Numbered from the whole stretch's first letter, positions 13,351-26,439 are shown. The stretch is 63,365 nt of DNA, filler included, from Dugesia japonica (GCA_001938525.1; 5 parts of 5 records of this genome joined end to end with filler, not necessarily neighbours in it), one strand, 5' to 3'. Notes: a model not told the origin generated them from the letters alone. Numbers and translations: made by a program.

Positions 13351-13589
13351 GAATAAACCAAATTTGTTTGAAGATATAAAATGCGGAGCGTCCATCTTTA
13401 ATTCCACTACATTAGATTTTAGTAAAATTTGATTTTTATTTTTATGAATACTTCTACTCAGGACCGACTCTATGTCGGTGCAAACGATGTGATCACACAA
13501 AGCCCCGCGTCGTTCCCGTTTTAAATTAAATAGAATAAATAAATTATTTTTATCTTTTGTTTTTGAAGAAAAAGAACAATAACTTCAAG

Positions 13590-16300
13590 GCATACGAGAC
13601 ATACCATTTTCATTTGCGTGTTGCTCACATTTTTTATCTAAGCTCAAAATCATATTCTGTTAATTCGATTATCCAAGTTTAAAATTGTGGCGTAATTAGT
13701 TTATGTCAAAGCTTAATAAATTCCGTACATTGTGATAGATTTGTTCTACAACTTTTTTTCCATATGAATAATGACGAAAATGCTTGACGAATTCATATAA
13801 CGCTAGAAATTCTTTACGTATCACAAGATAACCTCTTTCGTGAGCATTTAATAGTTTTATCACTTTACGGCCGTTTTGAATTTTGTTCAATACAGCACCA
13901 ATCCTATTAATCATTTTCCACTATGAACTGATAGTGAAGCTTTCTTGATCTCGTTAAGGCTTGTTTTGCACTATTCAGTTTATTAGATTTCTCGTTTATG
14001 GTCCTCCGTTGCAGCATATAATGGTTTTGCAAGTAACGAAAAATTCTTCAAAAACTTCCTATAATAGTTATCCATGTGTAAAATGGAACGTAATTGCTTA
14101 GTGCATTTTAGTATTTGTGCTTTTGTAATTTCTAAGACTTTCTCTGAATTCAGCTTCAATCAGTCCTTGCTAACTGTTTGCCCCAAAAATCACAATTCAC
14201 TTTGATATAGTTTACATTTATTTTATTTTGAGGCCAGAGTTCTCTGAAATTCATTTTCAAGTATTTTATCATGTTTTGATCGACTTTATGCAAATATTAA
14301 AATGTCGACCATAAATACAACTATATCTTTAAATACAACTCCATCCAAAATTGTATGCATCAATTTATGAAATTTAGCTGGAGCAATTGATAACCAAAAT
14401 GACATTAGATTGTAACAATATTGTCTCTTCTTTGTTGAAAATACCGTTTTAATCTTATCTTATTTGTTTAATTCTACTTGATAATAAACTTGTTCTACAT
14501 CCAAAGTTGTAAATATTGTACAACCTTAAAGATGACCAAACAAGATTTGTGGATCTAGTATTTGGAATGAAAACGTCTTTGTAGAATCATTCTAAACATT
14601 CTAAAGTCTTGACACATTCTAATCGTACCATTTTTTAGCAACAATCGCCATCAGTTACTTAATCAATTCATCAATTTTCTATCCAAGATGTATTGTTTGA
14701 CGTTGAGGTTGTTGTAGCATAGGATCTAAAACTGTTGGAATGTAATATTTTACAACATGTGTTTTTTCCAATATCAAAGGTATATTCCATAAGTCACTTT
14801 GAGAATTTTAGAAGCATTTTTTTTAAAACGTCATTCTTCGGTATAAGCTCTGCTAATGCTGCTTTAAAATGATCATTATCAATTTATTTGCTGTTATTCT
14901 TCCCTGAATCCAATATATTAAGCATTTTTAATTGAATATTAAATGTATTAAGCATATCAATTCCATCAATAAATTCTGGATTTATTCCATCCACGATCAC
15001 AATGTAAACAATTCTCTANACATTTTAAATGCCATTTCAACTTGTTCACTTCCCAAACAATTCACTGCATGTTTTGAAAATGCACAATTCAATTTAATAT
15101 TGCATTTATCCAAGGGAAAAGATCTGCATTTTCTCCATAACTTTGTATGTATCACTGATATTGAAGTACCAGTATTCCACTACATTTCGACTATTTTACT
15201 TCTTACTTTGACTATACTCCAAATTATACTATAATTCTTCTTATACATATCACAATTCCGATTTTCAGTTTTCATTATAATGACTCTACGGACGATATTT
15301 AAACAATGCAATTTGTTTTTTTAAATAGCTAACATCATGATTGATCATCTTTAAATCTTCATTTCTTTCATCCACATTGTCATCTTCTTTTAAAATGCAT
15401 TTCACACTATTACTGTTGTAATATATCTGATTTCCGAGTAATTGACAGTTTCTAAAACTATGACTAGCTTTGCCAAAAATTAGGCTACATGATTTAAGAG
15501 GGCAGTTATTACGTATTTGACCCATCAAAATCCAACAAAAGCATGAGTCTGTTTTTAATTGTTATTCTTTTGGTGGACAGAGTCTTTTTGATCTATTGCA
15601 CAATTTCCTTGCAATAAACTTCATGAGAATTGTTGGTATATTTCTAAGTTAACCATTTTTCCTATTTTTGGAATCATTAAAATTTTCAGCATTTGGAATG
15701 GATTTTTCTATTTCATTATTGCTGGGCTTATGATAGTTAGAACCTTTTAAATCAATTGTCTTAATTCTCGGTCTGTACGATGCAGCTGCTACTATAAGTA
15801 AGTCAATTTATTTATCTGTGACGCACCAAAATTTTCATCTTTCTTCTCAAAAATTTTAGCCAACTTACGAATTTCATCAGGTTTAATTTCTGGTTTAAGA
15901 GCAAATGATTTTCTTAGCTTTTCGGAATTAATTCTTTTCTTGAATATTTGCTGAACAATTTCTTTCACAGTCAATCCTGGTTCAAATATTTCTTTGGCTG
16001 ATCTTAAAACTCATACTTCAAAGTTTTCGAAACGTTCATTTCTTTTTGTTGAATTCGACTTCATTCTTCAATAATTCAGAGAAATGAATTTTCTTTTATA
16101 AATTTTATTTTAAAACATTCAGCTAGCCATTTTATCGTTGACATTCAGCTGACTTTAAATGTTTGTTAAAGGTCTTTTACATCACCATCTAATAAAATAA
16201 ATTAAAGGTTTGACAATAAATCAAAACTGTTTGATTCTGCAAAGATTTCAATTTCACTTAATCATTCTGCTGAATTGTCGTTATAATTCAAAAAAAAAGT
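13590..16300 (-). mobile_element. Ty3/Gypsy LTR retrotransposon remnant (gag, protease, RT, RNase H)
   Basis: Decayed zinc knuckles ~15440-15540; NTGTSISVI (protease DTG site) ~15170; KTVFSTK..Y.YNLMSFWLSIAPAKF..VVFMVDILIF (RT); GAVL.KIQNG..RKEFLALYEFVKHFRHYSYG (RNase H). Confidence 0.88.
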
Positions 16301-17115
16301 CTTCCATTAAAATATATTCAATAAGCTCAAAATATAAATATATATTAAAACACAATATTTAAACAAATGTATAGTTTTTATGATAAAATTGTGAAAAATT
16401 TGCATTTTTCAATTTGAATTAATTTCCAAATTTTTGCATCCTTTGAGGATGGGATACTCATTTTCATTAAAAAGTGAATGTGTCAAAACAAGCGAAAAAG
16501 GTGCTTTTTTAGTGAAAAAGGGTAAAAAAAACAGGCCTTTTTCGAGCTTATTTTTCCAAGTTTTTTAGGGCTCCCTCAAAATTTTTCAAATTTTTCCAAA
16601 CCCCAAAACCATTAATAGATTGACATTTATAATAATAAATAGACTTTTTCAACAATTTGAGTAAGAAATCAAAATTATGAAATTAAAATCAATTTCAAAT
16701 TTTCACAAAGCTTAAAACCATCAATTTAACAATTTTGAATGAAAAATAAATTATAGAAATCCCAAAAATTACCCCACTACACAGAAAATCTATTTAAATA
16801 ATAAAAAATGAATTAATAAAATTTATTCTGTTGTTTTAATGTGTTATTTTAATTATTTTTGAATCGATAAATGAAATTGACTATAGTTCATTTTTTCAAT
16901 TGACACTTAAAAATGTTAATGATAAAATGTAATTTGAAATAAAAAATTAACCGTATTTTAATATTTTATTTAATAATGATAAATTTATATTAGAAAATTA
17001 AATTTTTTATTAAATTTTTCTATTTCAGATTAGTTAGTTTTGTAAATTTTATTAAATTTGTTTAAAAATTAAATTTGCTTTAAATAAAATCTTTGAGAAA
17101 AATATATATAATAAA

Positions 17116-17587
17116 ATGACTACATCCGAACAGAAATTCAAACTAAATTTCAATTACAATAAATTTAAACACGATATATTAAAGATTTCTCTAATATCTA
17201 ATATCTAAGTTCTATTTCCTATTTAAATAAATCAGGAGACATTATTTTTCAATCATTACAATCATCGAATCCTTTAGATATTTGTACGCACGATTATATT
17301 TTAAAATTGAAATAACACTTACTACAGATAAAGATGATATAACTTTAGAAAAGAATTTCTTTCCTAATTTATTTAGTAATATAAGATTGAAATTAGGTTC
17401 AACAGAAATAGAATCTATTTTAAATCCAGGAGTATATTTAAACTTTATTTTAATTGGCACTGATTATAAAAAAGAATACGGAGAAATTACTGGATGGATC
17501 CCAAATAATAGTGCAGGAACTAACAATGTTTCAGGAGAAGATTTTAATATTGGTTATTATAAAAGAAAGTTATTATATAATGAGTAG
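17116..17587 (+). pseudogene. Maverick/Polinton-like double-jelly-roll capsid protein fragment
   Basis: LYFKIEITL...LEKNFFPNLFSNIRLKLGSTEIESILNPG resembles the N-terminal NN.F..LF..IR..L.G.EI..I.NPG block of Polinton major capsid proteins; intronless and truncated. By-eye match only. Confidence 0.65.
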
Positions 17588-17714
17588 AGGGATAGTGGCG
17601 GGCATAGCCACCTCTGTGCGAACCCCCCCCCGCCGATTAGATATGTAATTAGTGCGATTATCTGAAATTTGATAGTTAATCTATGATGTAATTACATCAT
17701 CGGTAATTTAATCC

Positions 17715-17814
17715 NNNNNNNNNNNNNNNNNNNNNNNNNNNNNNNNNNNNNNNNNNNNTTAATTAATTAANNNNNNNNNNNNNNNNNNNNNNNNNNNNNN
17801 NNNNNNNNNNNNNN
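17715..17814. other. Artificial contig-join spacer
   Basis: 44 N + TTAATTAATTAA (stops in six frames) + 44 N. Confidence 0.95.
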
Positions 17815-18189
17815 TGAATTTTGAAAATCGATCAATGGTTACGTTCAACATTTATTCTCGCAATAATTGCAATTGTAAAATATTTGTTTATTAATTATTT
17901 ATTTATTTGCGTATATTCAATTGACATTGACGTACATACACCCAACCTTGAAATTTTCTAGAAATCATAATTGAATATATTAGATGACTGACCATTAAAA
18001 ATTTGACCTTGACCTGTAAATTTGATTTAGTGCGTCTCTATTTACTAACTAATTCTTATCTTATTGTCATATTTCTAAAAGCTTGTACATCTGTGAGAAA
18101 GTACAAAAACAATATTTCATTGAATTTTAAAACAATAACAATTATTCAAAGTACAGTTCATGATTATTTACCACTTTTTGCCATTGGTC

Positions 18190-18910
18190 TACAGGTCTAC
18201 GAATCTATTTAAAGTATCAATTTGGCTTCTTCGGATGAGAGAACTAATCCCCAGCTTTTTCTACTTAAATTTATTCAAAGTATTGACGATTCAGAATGTG
18301 CTGCATATATCTGAAAGGATCTTGGTTCGATTGGTCAATGTCTTAGCTGCATGGTGAATGTAGCATATTCTTGACACCGTCTAAATTCTCAAATCTATCC
18401 TTAGTATTACTGTTCGTATGTAACTTGATGTTGTCTTCGCGGTTCCAACTGAGTAAAGTCAGGTAATTCTCTCCAATGTATTGTAAACACGGTCAATTTT
18501 TGATAGTAGAATTGAGCATTGATAGCACGACCATTCGAAACTAGTTCAAAGTGAAATACGTATTTAAAATTCCACCAGACACAAATAATGGTATTCTTGT
18601 GAAATTGATCTTGATGTGGAACTAATGTCATCGTATAACCTAGTAAAACCCATATTTGTTCTGATTATGATTTGCCAGAAACTCTCAATTCTCGTTCAAG
18701 TTATCAATTCACTTGTAATAAGAGTCGTACAATGGATTTCTGAGAAGTTGATCACAGCTTTATACACTCGTGTAGATCTTGACAGGACTTTTTGTAGGAA
18801 TAACCATGTTAGTAAAGATGAAGGTGAATCGTCAATTTTTTGTGATAGCGTATTTCAGAAATTGAAGAGAAACAGTTTAATTAATTTTAGCAAAGCAGAT
18901 GCATACAAAA
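18190..18910 (-). pseudogene. Mariner transposase remnant
   Basis: HKNTIICVWWNFKYVFHFELVSNGRAINAQFYYQKL matches the mariner K.M..VWW...G..H.E.L..G.TI...Y..QL block. Confidence 0.85.
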
Positions 18911-19020
18911 CTAGAGAAATTGAATTTTCATTTTTGTAATTGTAATATTTAAATCAATTTCTCTCAAATACTTTTAAAATATTTTTATTGAGATTTAACA
19001 AATCCATTTTTTTAATTTAG

Positions 19021-19284
19021 AAATTGAAAAATGCAAACTCACCAGTCATGGTAGTGAATATATTGGGACGATGAGCAAAACCTTTAATGGTAAATCATGC
19101 ATTCCTTGGAAGAAAGCATATATAGATGGGTTAAGTCTATCTAGCAGCTATTATTACGATGAATCTGCTATCACTGATATCGTATTTTGTAGAAATCCAA
19201 CACAATTTCCTAAAGGACCATGGTGTTTTGTTAATAAAAATACTTTAGAGTGGGAGTATTGCAACATTCCAAGTTGTGTTAAAG
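19021..19284 (+). CDS. Kringle-domain protein, exon with kringle 1
   Basis: TTTAG acceptor; CKLTSHGSEYIGTMSKTFNGKSCIPW...FCRNPTQFPKGPWCFV...WEYCNIPSC (six kringle Cys); GTATGA donor 19285. Confidence 0.93.
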
Positions 19285-19333
19285 GTATGATTATAAATAT
19301 ATAAGCATAAATTACAACAAAAAGACATTAAAG

Positions 19334-19573
19334 AAAGACATTGGTGCAAAACATCAGATGAAGGTACAGAATATATGGGTTCAATAAATTATACAATGCG
19401 TGGAAAAACTTGCAAGGCATGGGTTGATAAAGGAGTATACAGGGATGAATTATTTCCAGAGAAAAGCATGCTTATTGCTGGTAACAAATGTCGAAATCCA
19501 GAAAATATGCAAGCACCATGGTGTTTTTATGATTATAGTTGGGAATTTTGCAATATTCCAGAATGTGAGAAAA
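19334..19573 (+). CDS. Kringle-domain protein, exon with kringle 2
   Basis: CKTSDEGTEYMGSINYTMRGKTCKAW...NKCRNPENMQAPWCFYDYSWEFCNIPEC; in-frame AAG acceptor at 19333 (alternative 19324); GT donor 19574. Confidence 0.9.
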
Positions 19574-19619
19574 GTTAATTTAATAATTACNNATTTTTTA
19601 TTTAATATATTCATTTTAG

Positions 19620-19742
19620 AATTCAGTCAAGTTGACTTCTTTGGAGGTTATGATTTTCTAAAATCTAATCTTAAATACACTAAAATCATACCATTGAATG
19701 AATTATATCAAAGTTTAATGGTTACGGTCTCAGTTCATATAG
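19620..19742 (+). CDS. Kringle-domain protein, linker exon
   Basis: TTTTAG acceptor, phase-compatible with both neighbours (46- and 47-nt introns); FSQVDFFGGYDFLKSNLKYTKII. Confidence 0.75.
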
Positions 19743-19789
19743 GTTAAAAGATGAGTGATTTTATTTCACTGATAAATTTAATAATTTAG

Positions 19790-20067
19790 TTTTGTGGCAA
19801 TGGGATGTTCGCCGTAAAACTTCAATGTGGGCAACTGATTATGATCTGAAGTGTCAAACAGATATGAATTCTTATGAATATTGTGAAATGTATAGAAGTA
19901 CGAAGTCATATGATCATATTATTCTAACCTATTGGTGTCGTCGACCCCTTAGATATCTAATTTTTATATCTTCCATAATACATTCCTCTTTTCATATAAC
20001 GTATTCGGGAACAGTTTATAAGCCGAAAATACAATTAAGTGAAGATTTTTTAAAATATCAAGAAAAG
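19790..20067 (+). CDS. Kringle-domain protein, exon with unassigned Cys/Trp-containing domain
   Basis: TTTAG acceptor 19788-19789; LWQWDVRRK..KCQTD..YC..LTYWCRRPLRYL; AAG|GTAAAG donor at 20068, phase 0. Confidence 0.78.
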
Positions 20068-21049
20068 GTAAAGTTATTAATAAATAAATTTTATAGAGAA
20101 ATTGTTATAAATGTATGAAAGATATAAAAATATTATTTAGCACATTAATATTAAAAACCTTATGAGGAAAAGTTAAAATAGTAAATAAAAATTTAGTTTC
20201 TCAACGGTTGTTTTAATAACTGAAAATAGAAAAAGTGGGGATTAAGATTGTATTTGAAAATTGTATTGTGATATAAAAACCTTTTTTTTTGAACTGTTAA
20301 TTGAAGCTAGTTATTCTGTAAATTTTGGTGCCATAGTTACTTGGCATTATTGCTATTTATTGAAAATACTATTTAGACTTACGTGAGTACTGTTCTGATA
20401 TTTTATTGTGGTTAATTTATTAGTTGTAAATTTCATCGTTACTGTTAAATATTTTGAAATATAAAAATATTTATTAAATATTATTGCCAACTATTGTCTT
20501 TTATTAATAGCAATTATTACTGAGAAATAATAAAATCAAAATTCTTTAAAAATATTATTTTAACTTTTCCTCAATTATTTGTTATTTAGATTAATTATTT
20601 TAACGATGACAACGACTCCGTTATCCTCTAACAAACGTAATTATTTATGCTTTAAAATTTACATTAATAAATCATTTTTTATTTAAAACCACGTGTAATT
20701 TTATAAGATTTTCATGGTAAATAAAGTTTAAAAAATGGATTAAATCAGACATGTCAAACTCAGTGTACCTTGATAGTCAAATAGGTCGCAAGAATATAGT
20801 GGCGAGGGCTATGATACATTTTAATAAATACATTTTAGGAAATGTATTGTAAAATATTTATGTAACGTTTATAAATGCACCGAAAGGAAATAGCATTACA
20901 AAAATTAAATTTTAAAGTAGGAATGCATATACAGGGCTTGTATCATCAATGAACATTGTACCATTAAGAAATGGCTGTATTAATAATTTGGCTTTTATTT
21001 CCGGAAATTAAGTAATCAGGTATCTTTATAGAAATAAAATAGAAGTATA

Positions 21050-21800
21050 GGGTAATTTACATAATTTGCATAAAAGTCAATAAAAAATTTCGAAAATTAT
21101 ATAGAAGTCATTAAAAATTTAACAAATTGTATTGAAGGTTTCAAAAGCTCTTGTAAAATATTGGGAATATAACTCAACAATTACATAAAAGTCAATAAAT
21201 ATTTAGAGAGATTACATAGATAAATAGTAGAATTCATAGAAGTTACATAAAAGTATAGAGAAATTTATAAAAATTGCACAGCAGTCAATATAATATTTCA
21301 GAGATTACATAGCAACCAAAAATATGTTTCGACAATTACATAAAAGTCATTACACATTTACTAAGATTACATAGAAATATATAAATAGAAATATATATCC
21401 ATTACATTAAATTGTAATATCATATACAAAATTCTAAGCTAAAATATATCAGTTAATAGTAATCGTAATAGTTAATATAAGATTCATTATTTAAAAAAAG
21501 TCACTAAGTCATAGAAATCTACCACTTCAACATAGAAAATAGATACATCAACCTGAATATATTGAATTCATTCTAAATTATACATTGAACATAACTTTCA
21601 CTATCGAACTTAAAATATAAAATATATAAATTTTGTCACTTAAAATGTATATGCCTTTAAATTACAACTTAAAGTTCAAAATCTTGAAATTTATCACCTT
21701 GAAATAATATGAATCAATGTTAACCAGCTTAAAACTAATATGAATTAAAATTTATCAGTTTCAATTTAATATGAATTAAAATCTTAGGTCATAAATTTAT
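21050..21800. repeat. Two degenerate minisatellite arrays with ~31-bp and ~30-bp period
   Basis: ATTACATA-like core recurs at ~21180, 21211, 21243, 21272, 21304, 21335, 21367; CTT(A/G)AA core recurs at ~21609, 21639, 21668, 21698, 21728. Confidence 0.65.
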
Positions 21801-22466
21801 AATTAATAAATTAATTTTTTGTTTAGTTATGTTAAATTAAAAATATATCTGAAAATAAATTAATTTATTATTAGTAAATAGAAATTAATCTGTTTAATCT
21901 GATTAATTAAATATGTCCGAAATGAAATGATGTGTGCATCGATTACATATATAAGCAAGATGCATACATCATTTAAACATTTTAAGAAAATCAACTAAGA
22001 TTTTTATTTAATTTGTTATATAATTAATTTTATTTTATATTATTTATGAAAACGCATTAAATATAATCAATGTTTTTGGAAATGTGAAAACTTATTATGA
22101 AATTTATGAACTATGAAAATAAGTAAGGATTTATTTTATTTAAATTAAATGGTAATAATTTTTGTTTAAACAGTATTTATGGTAATGGTAATTAATTTTA
22201 ACAATATTTAAACGATAATGAATTTATTTTAAGTTAACAATTTTAAAATTAATAATTTTGTTGGGCTTCGAGGTTTTTGAGGTTTTATTTATTCTTGACC
22301 TAATGTCGTTTTTTTCATTAATCCTAATTTTCTAGAGGTAGATGCCTCGAAGGCTGTAAAAATTTAATCAACACCATTCGTGTTGAGATCACCTACTCAG
22401 TGGCCTATATGAGACTATGGGCACTACAGAAAGTCTACTAAGTTTCGTTTTACTTCTTTCGTAGTA

Positions 22467-22578
22467 CAGTCACCCCCTCTCAATATCGCCACCTCTCTAC
22501 ACCGCAACCCCACTCAACCGCCAAAATTATTTATTTTAAGCAATTCCCGAATTTGGGCGGTATAGGNAGTGTTGACTG
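22467..22578. mobile_element. Tc1/mariner-pogo type MITE
   Basis: TA-flanked; CAGTCACCCCCTCTCAATATCGCC ... GGCGGTATAGGNAGTGTTGACTG imperfect TIRs; a more decayed related hairpin follows at ~22615-22697. Confidence 0.65.
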
Positions 22579-22949
22579 TAGTTATTTAAACGATTAATAT
22601 TTTATACTTTTACTTAAATCACACTCATTTTTACCGCCATAAATTTTTGTTTACTAATTTGCACGAATTTAGGCGATATAACAAGGGTGGATTGTATTTA
22701 AATTTTGCTAATAACCAAAATAAATTTCTATTATTTAAATCTTTATCATACTTAATTAGAAGACATTTTGCTTTTTATTTTGGACAACATTCGTTTAATA
22801 ACACATTTTGGGAGTTTAAGTTATTTCGTTTAAATATTAACGTTATACGCACAACATTCTTTTTTCTCAGATCTATATTATGAATAAGTGATTTAAATGA
22901 ATAAAAAATTGCTAAGAAATTATATTTATACGTATACATATAGCTGTTA

Positions 22950-23545
22950 CATTGGGGTCTCTCCTAGTTCTTTTAACTATGAGATGAGGGTTGGCATCAC
23001 CCCTTTAATGTTAGCTTCCAATTGTTTGCTCAATTAATTATGTGATAGTAGCCTCATTTCAAATATGGTTTCTCGTTTGGTGATCGTTGGTGGATTTCTC
23101 AGGTGGTTAGATATCCACAATAATAGATCGGCTAGATCTACACTTTGTTTATTTCGTTCGTGTTTCTGTGACACTAGCTGCTCCTTTAGTTACGTAGCTT
23201 TAATATTTCTTTCTTCTGCTCTTGAATGTTTAAATCTCGTAGATGGAGTTGATTAGCAGAGACCCACCCCTGATCTCTATGAGTTCCAAAATCTGATCAT
23301 GTATCGTATAGCATTGGCATGACATTAGATGGTGACGTGATGAATCTCCAGCCATTTAACGATCTGATTGCCTCTTCATCTGTGAAATTCTTAGCTAAAT
23401 CTAAGTTAATTTTAATCATAAATATTATTCACATTATCATACAGAATTGTTGATTATATTAATTTATATACAAGGTTCAGAATTTGTTATTTATCAAATA
23501 ATCCAAATTTTAGGTAGATATTAAACTTATTCTGTTATCACATCA
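22950..23545 (-). mobile_element. Probable LTR-retrotransposon gag-region remnant
   Basis: Coding-like composition with broken frames on the minus strand, and a TGTGATAA start on minus at ~23541 like the LTR start at 29030; no diagnostic motif. Confidence 0.3.
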
Positions 23546-25739
23546 AAGACAAATATGTATTTCTTATACGAGCAAGGAGGCGAGAATCCGCTGTGAACCT
23601 TTCATCACTTATTGTATTCAGAGACTAACACTTCCTAAATCGTTTCTGATTATTAAGATTTTAGATGATTTTGAGTCGCGTTTATATATTTTACATCACT
23701 TTATTACATTGGTCTAGACAATTTAAGAAAGTTGATAAAAATTCTTTTTCAATAAGAAATGATTTATAACAGTAATAAAAATTTATGGCTCGTTGATCGC
23801 CTATTTCAATTTAAATTTCTTTCATCATTTCAAATTGACGGAATAAAGTGCTCTTCGTATCTATCATGTTTAAAAAGCAAAGAAATATTCATTAAAATCT
23901 GACTTTATGTACTCATTTATATTCATTTATACTCATTTGATATTCTAAATTGGTCAGAAGACTATCAAAAACCAATAAGAATGACTCTGAAAGAAGAAAA
24001 CACCAAAGAAAAGACCAATGAAATGTTATAAAATAATTAATGTTTGTTATTATCAACAGTGTTTTCTTCGTTTTTATAATTTCAATAAAACTTCAACACA
24101 TATACGATATTTGTAAATTTTAATTGATATGATTGGTTAAATGCAATAGGTTTGCAACACAAGTGTAACTTAAAATCACTTGACTGATGATTTTAATACT
24201 ACCATAATCAATAAATTGCTTATATAACTAGTTTTTGCAACATGATTGAATAAACCATGCAACATGTATGCAACACGCATGCAAATCAAGACTATCTAAA
24301 CAAAAATATCAAGACCATTCATTTAATAGAATCTCACCTCTTGATTTTTAAAAATTTTTACACACGTATCTTGCACNNNNNNNNNNNNNNNNNNNNNNNN
24401 NNNNNNNNNNNNNNNNNNNNNNNNNNNNNNNNNNNNNNNNNNNNNNNNNNNNNNNNNNNNNNNNNNNNNNNNNNNNNNNNNNNNNNNNNNNNNNNNNNNN
24501 NNNNNNNNNNNNNNNNNNNNNNNNNNNNNNNNNNNNNNNNNNNNNNNNNNNNNNNNNNNNNNNNNNNNNNNNNNNNNNNNNNNNNNNNNNNNNNNNNNNN
24601 NNNNNNNNNNNNNNNNNNNNNNNNNNNNNNNNNNNNNNNNNNNNNNNNNNNTTAAAACAAAATTTAAAATTCATAAAAATTCAATCATAAATTAAAACAA
24701 AAAAAGAAAAATTAAAGAAAAATAAAATTTTTTGATCCGATCAAAAATCTGATCTGATCAAAAGTCTTAAAATTTAAAATCCACGATAACGTATAACATA
24801 CTTTTTAAACTGTGTTGTTTTTTCGCTAAGGAGGAGGGGGTGTGCCAGTGCGCTCACTTCTAAATAATAACAATGTCTGAATGATAAACGAATAAACCCA
24901 ATATATTCAATTCGGAAGGAATAACAATTTACAAACCATTAGTAGAAACAAAATTAGTACATATTAAAAAACAAGAAACAAAATGATGGTGGTGGTAATT
25001 TCAGACGATTTTCACGAAGTATTCTTTACATCAAGATAATTTTAAGGGGTCCATCAAATTTTCGACGGCAAATTATGCACTCAATGCGGGAATTTGTAAT
25101 GAATGATGTGATAAGTGTTTTTCAAATAATTGCATCACAATAGTGGAAAATATCGATGAAAAAAAATTTCAAGAAGCTCTTGTAGATATGGCAAAAGCAA
25201 TGAACCTAGAAGCAAAGAAACGAATACTCGAAAGACATTTCCTATACAAATTAAAAACAAGANNNNNNNNNNNNNNNNNNNNNNNNNNNNNCCAAAACAA
25301 AATGGAAATTTCTGTGGGCTGCACAATTACCGATAATAAGTATGTTGTGTAAAGAGGCTGCAACTATTGTTGTTGGAGCTGCTACAGGAAATGATACAAA
25401 AAAACTATTGATTCTGTATTGACAATTTAAATTCTTTTTGAAATTGCAATATAGATGGGTATTGCACCTTCTAATATTCCAGAGATTTCATTAGATATTT
25501 GTTGCTTTTATTTTGCGTAATCAAGTAGATGGAACAACTGTGATACAATACAAAGGAGCTAGTTAGATATACCGGTATTTCAAAGCTTACAAATGATACA
25601 AATTGTTTGGTAAAAGAGACAAAGAAATGGTTAGATAATCAGTTGGCGTATAGTTTGAAAAGACCAATAATACGCAAATACATTGTTGCTAGTGTTAATT
25701 GACTATGGAAAATGGATTTGATGGAAATGAATCCATATA

Positions 25740-26412
25740 CAAGCATAAATAATTATTATAGATACATTTTGACATCTATATTTTGACATGTCTTGATATA
25801 TTCAGTCGATTTGCTCGTGCAGTTCCAGTAAAACGAAAATCTAGTAAAGATATATTGTTAGCTTTAACGGTGATTTTCAAAGATCGTCACCAGAAATCTA
25901 TTCAAATAGATTTGGGTAAAGAACTTTACAATACCTAGTAAAATCATTACTAAAACAATATAGTATACTGCACTATTCAGTATTTTATCAGTACAAGACT
26001 GATCTAGTTAAGCGATTTAATCAAACCCTACGCACTAGATTAACCAAATTATTTATCAAATAAGGTAACAAAAAATGGATACATGTTTTCCAAAGATTAT
26101 TTATGCATAAAATCATTCTGAGCACAGAGGTATTGGAGGAGGAAATAAACCAGTTAATGTTACAGATATTGGTGATGAGGCACAGTACTTCATCAAAAAT
26201 AAACCAAAACCAAAATATAAAATTGGACAACATGTACAGATTTCCAGAACTAGAACTATATCATTCATCAAAACCTTTGATAATAACTGGAGTGATGAAG
26301 GCTTTCAAATATCTGAAATCAACACTAGACAGACCCCAGTCATGTATGTAATACGTGATGAAGCTGGTAATAATATCAAGGCCCATTTTTTTAAGGAGTA
26401 ATTACAAGTTTA
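25740..26412 (+). pseudogene. Maverick/Polinton-type c-integrase remnant
   Basis: YILTCLDIFSRFARAVPVKRKS..IQIDLGKELYN..VKRFNQTLRTRL..KWI..F..NWSDEGFQISEI..TPVMYVIRDEAGNNIKAHFFKE.LQV; the C-terminal NW..E.F...P..Y...D..G..I...FY..ELQ tail is characteristic of Polinton integrases. Confidence 0.82.
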
Positions 26413-26439
26413 TAATTATAATTATTGTATGAAAATCAG

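Noticed and set aside
17759-17770. TTAATTAATTAA palindrome recurring four times between N runs
   Set aside because: Identical 44N-12-44N format; an artificial six-frame-stop linker, not biology.
20590-20636. Possible micro-exon (TTTAG...GTAA) in the kringle gene intron
   Set aside because: The phase-0 reading needed to follow exon 4 hits a stop; not frame-compatible.
21050-21800. CRISPR-like repeat/spacer appearance
   Set aside because: Cores are short and degenerate, spacers are related to each other, no cas genes, eukaryotic context.
17116-26412. Single intact Maverick spanning capsid and integrase fragments
   Set aside because: Separated by an artificial contig join and a host gene; no polymerase, ATPase or TIRs seen.
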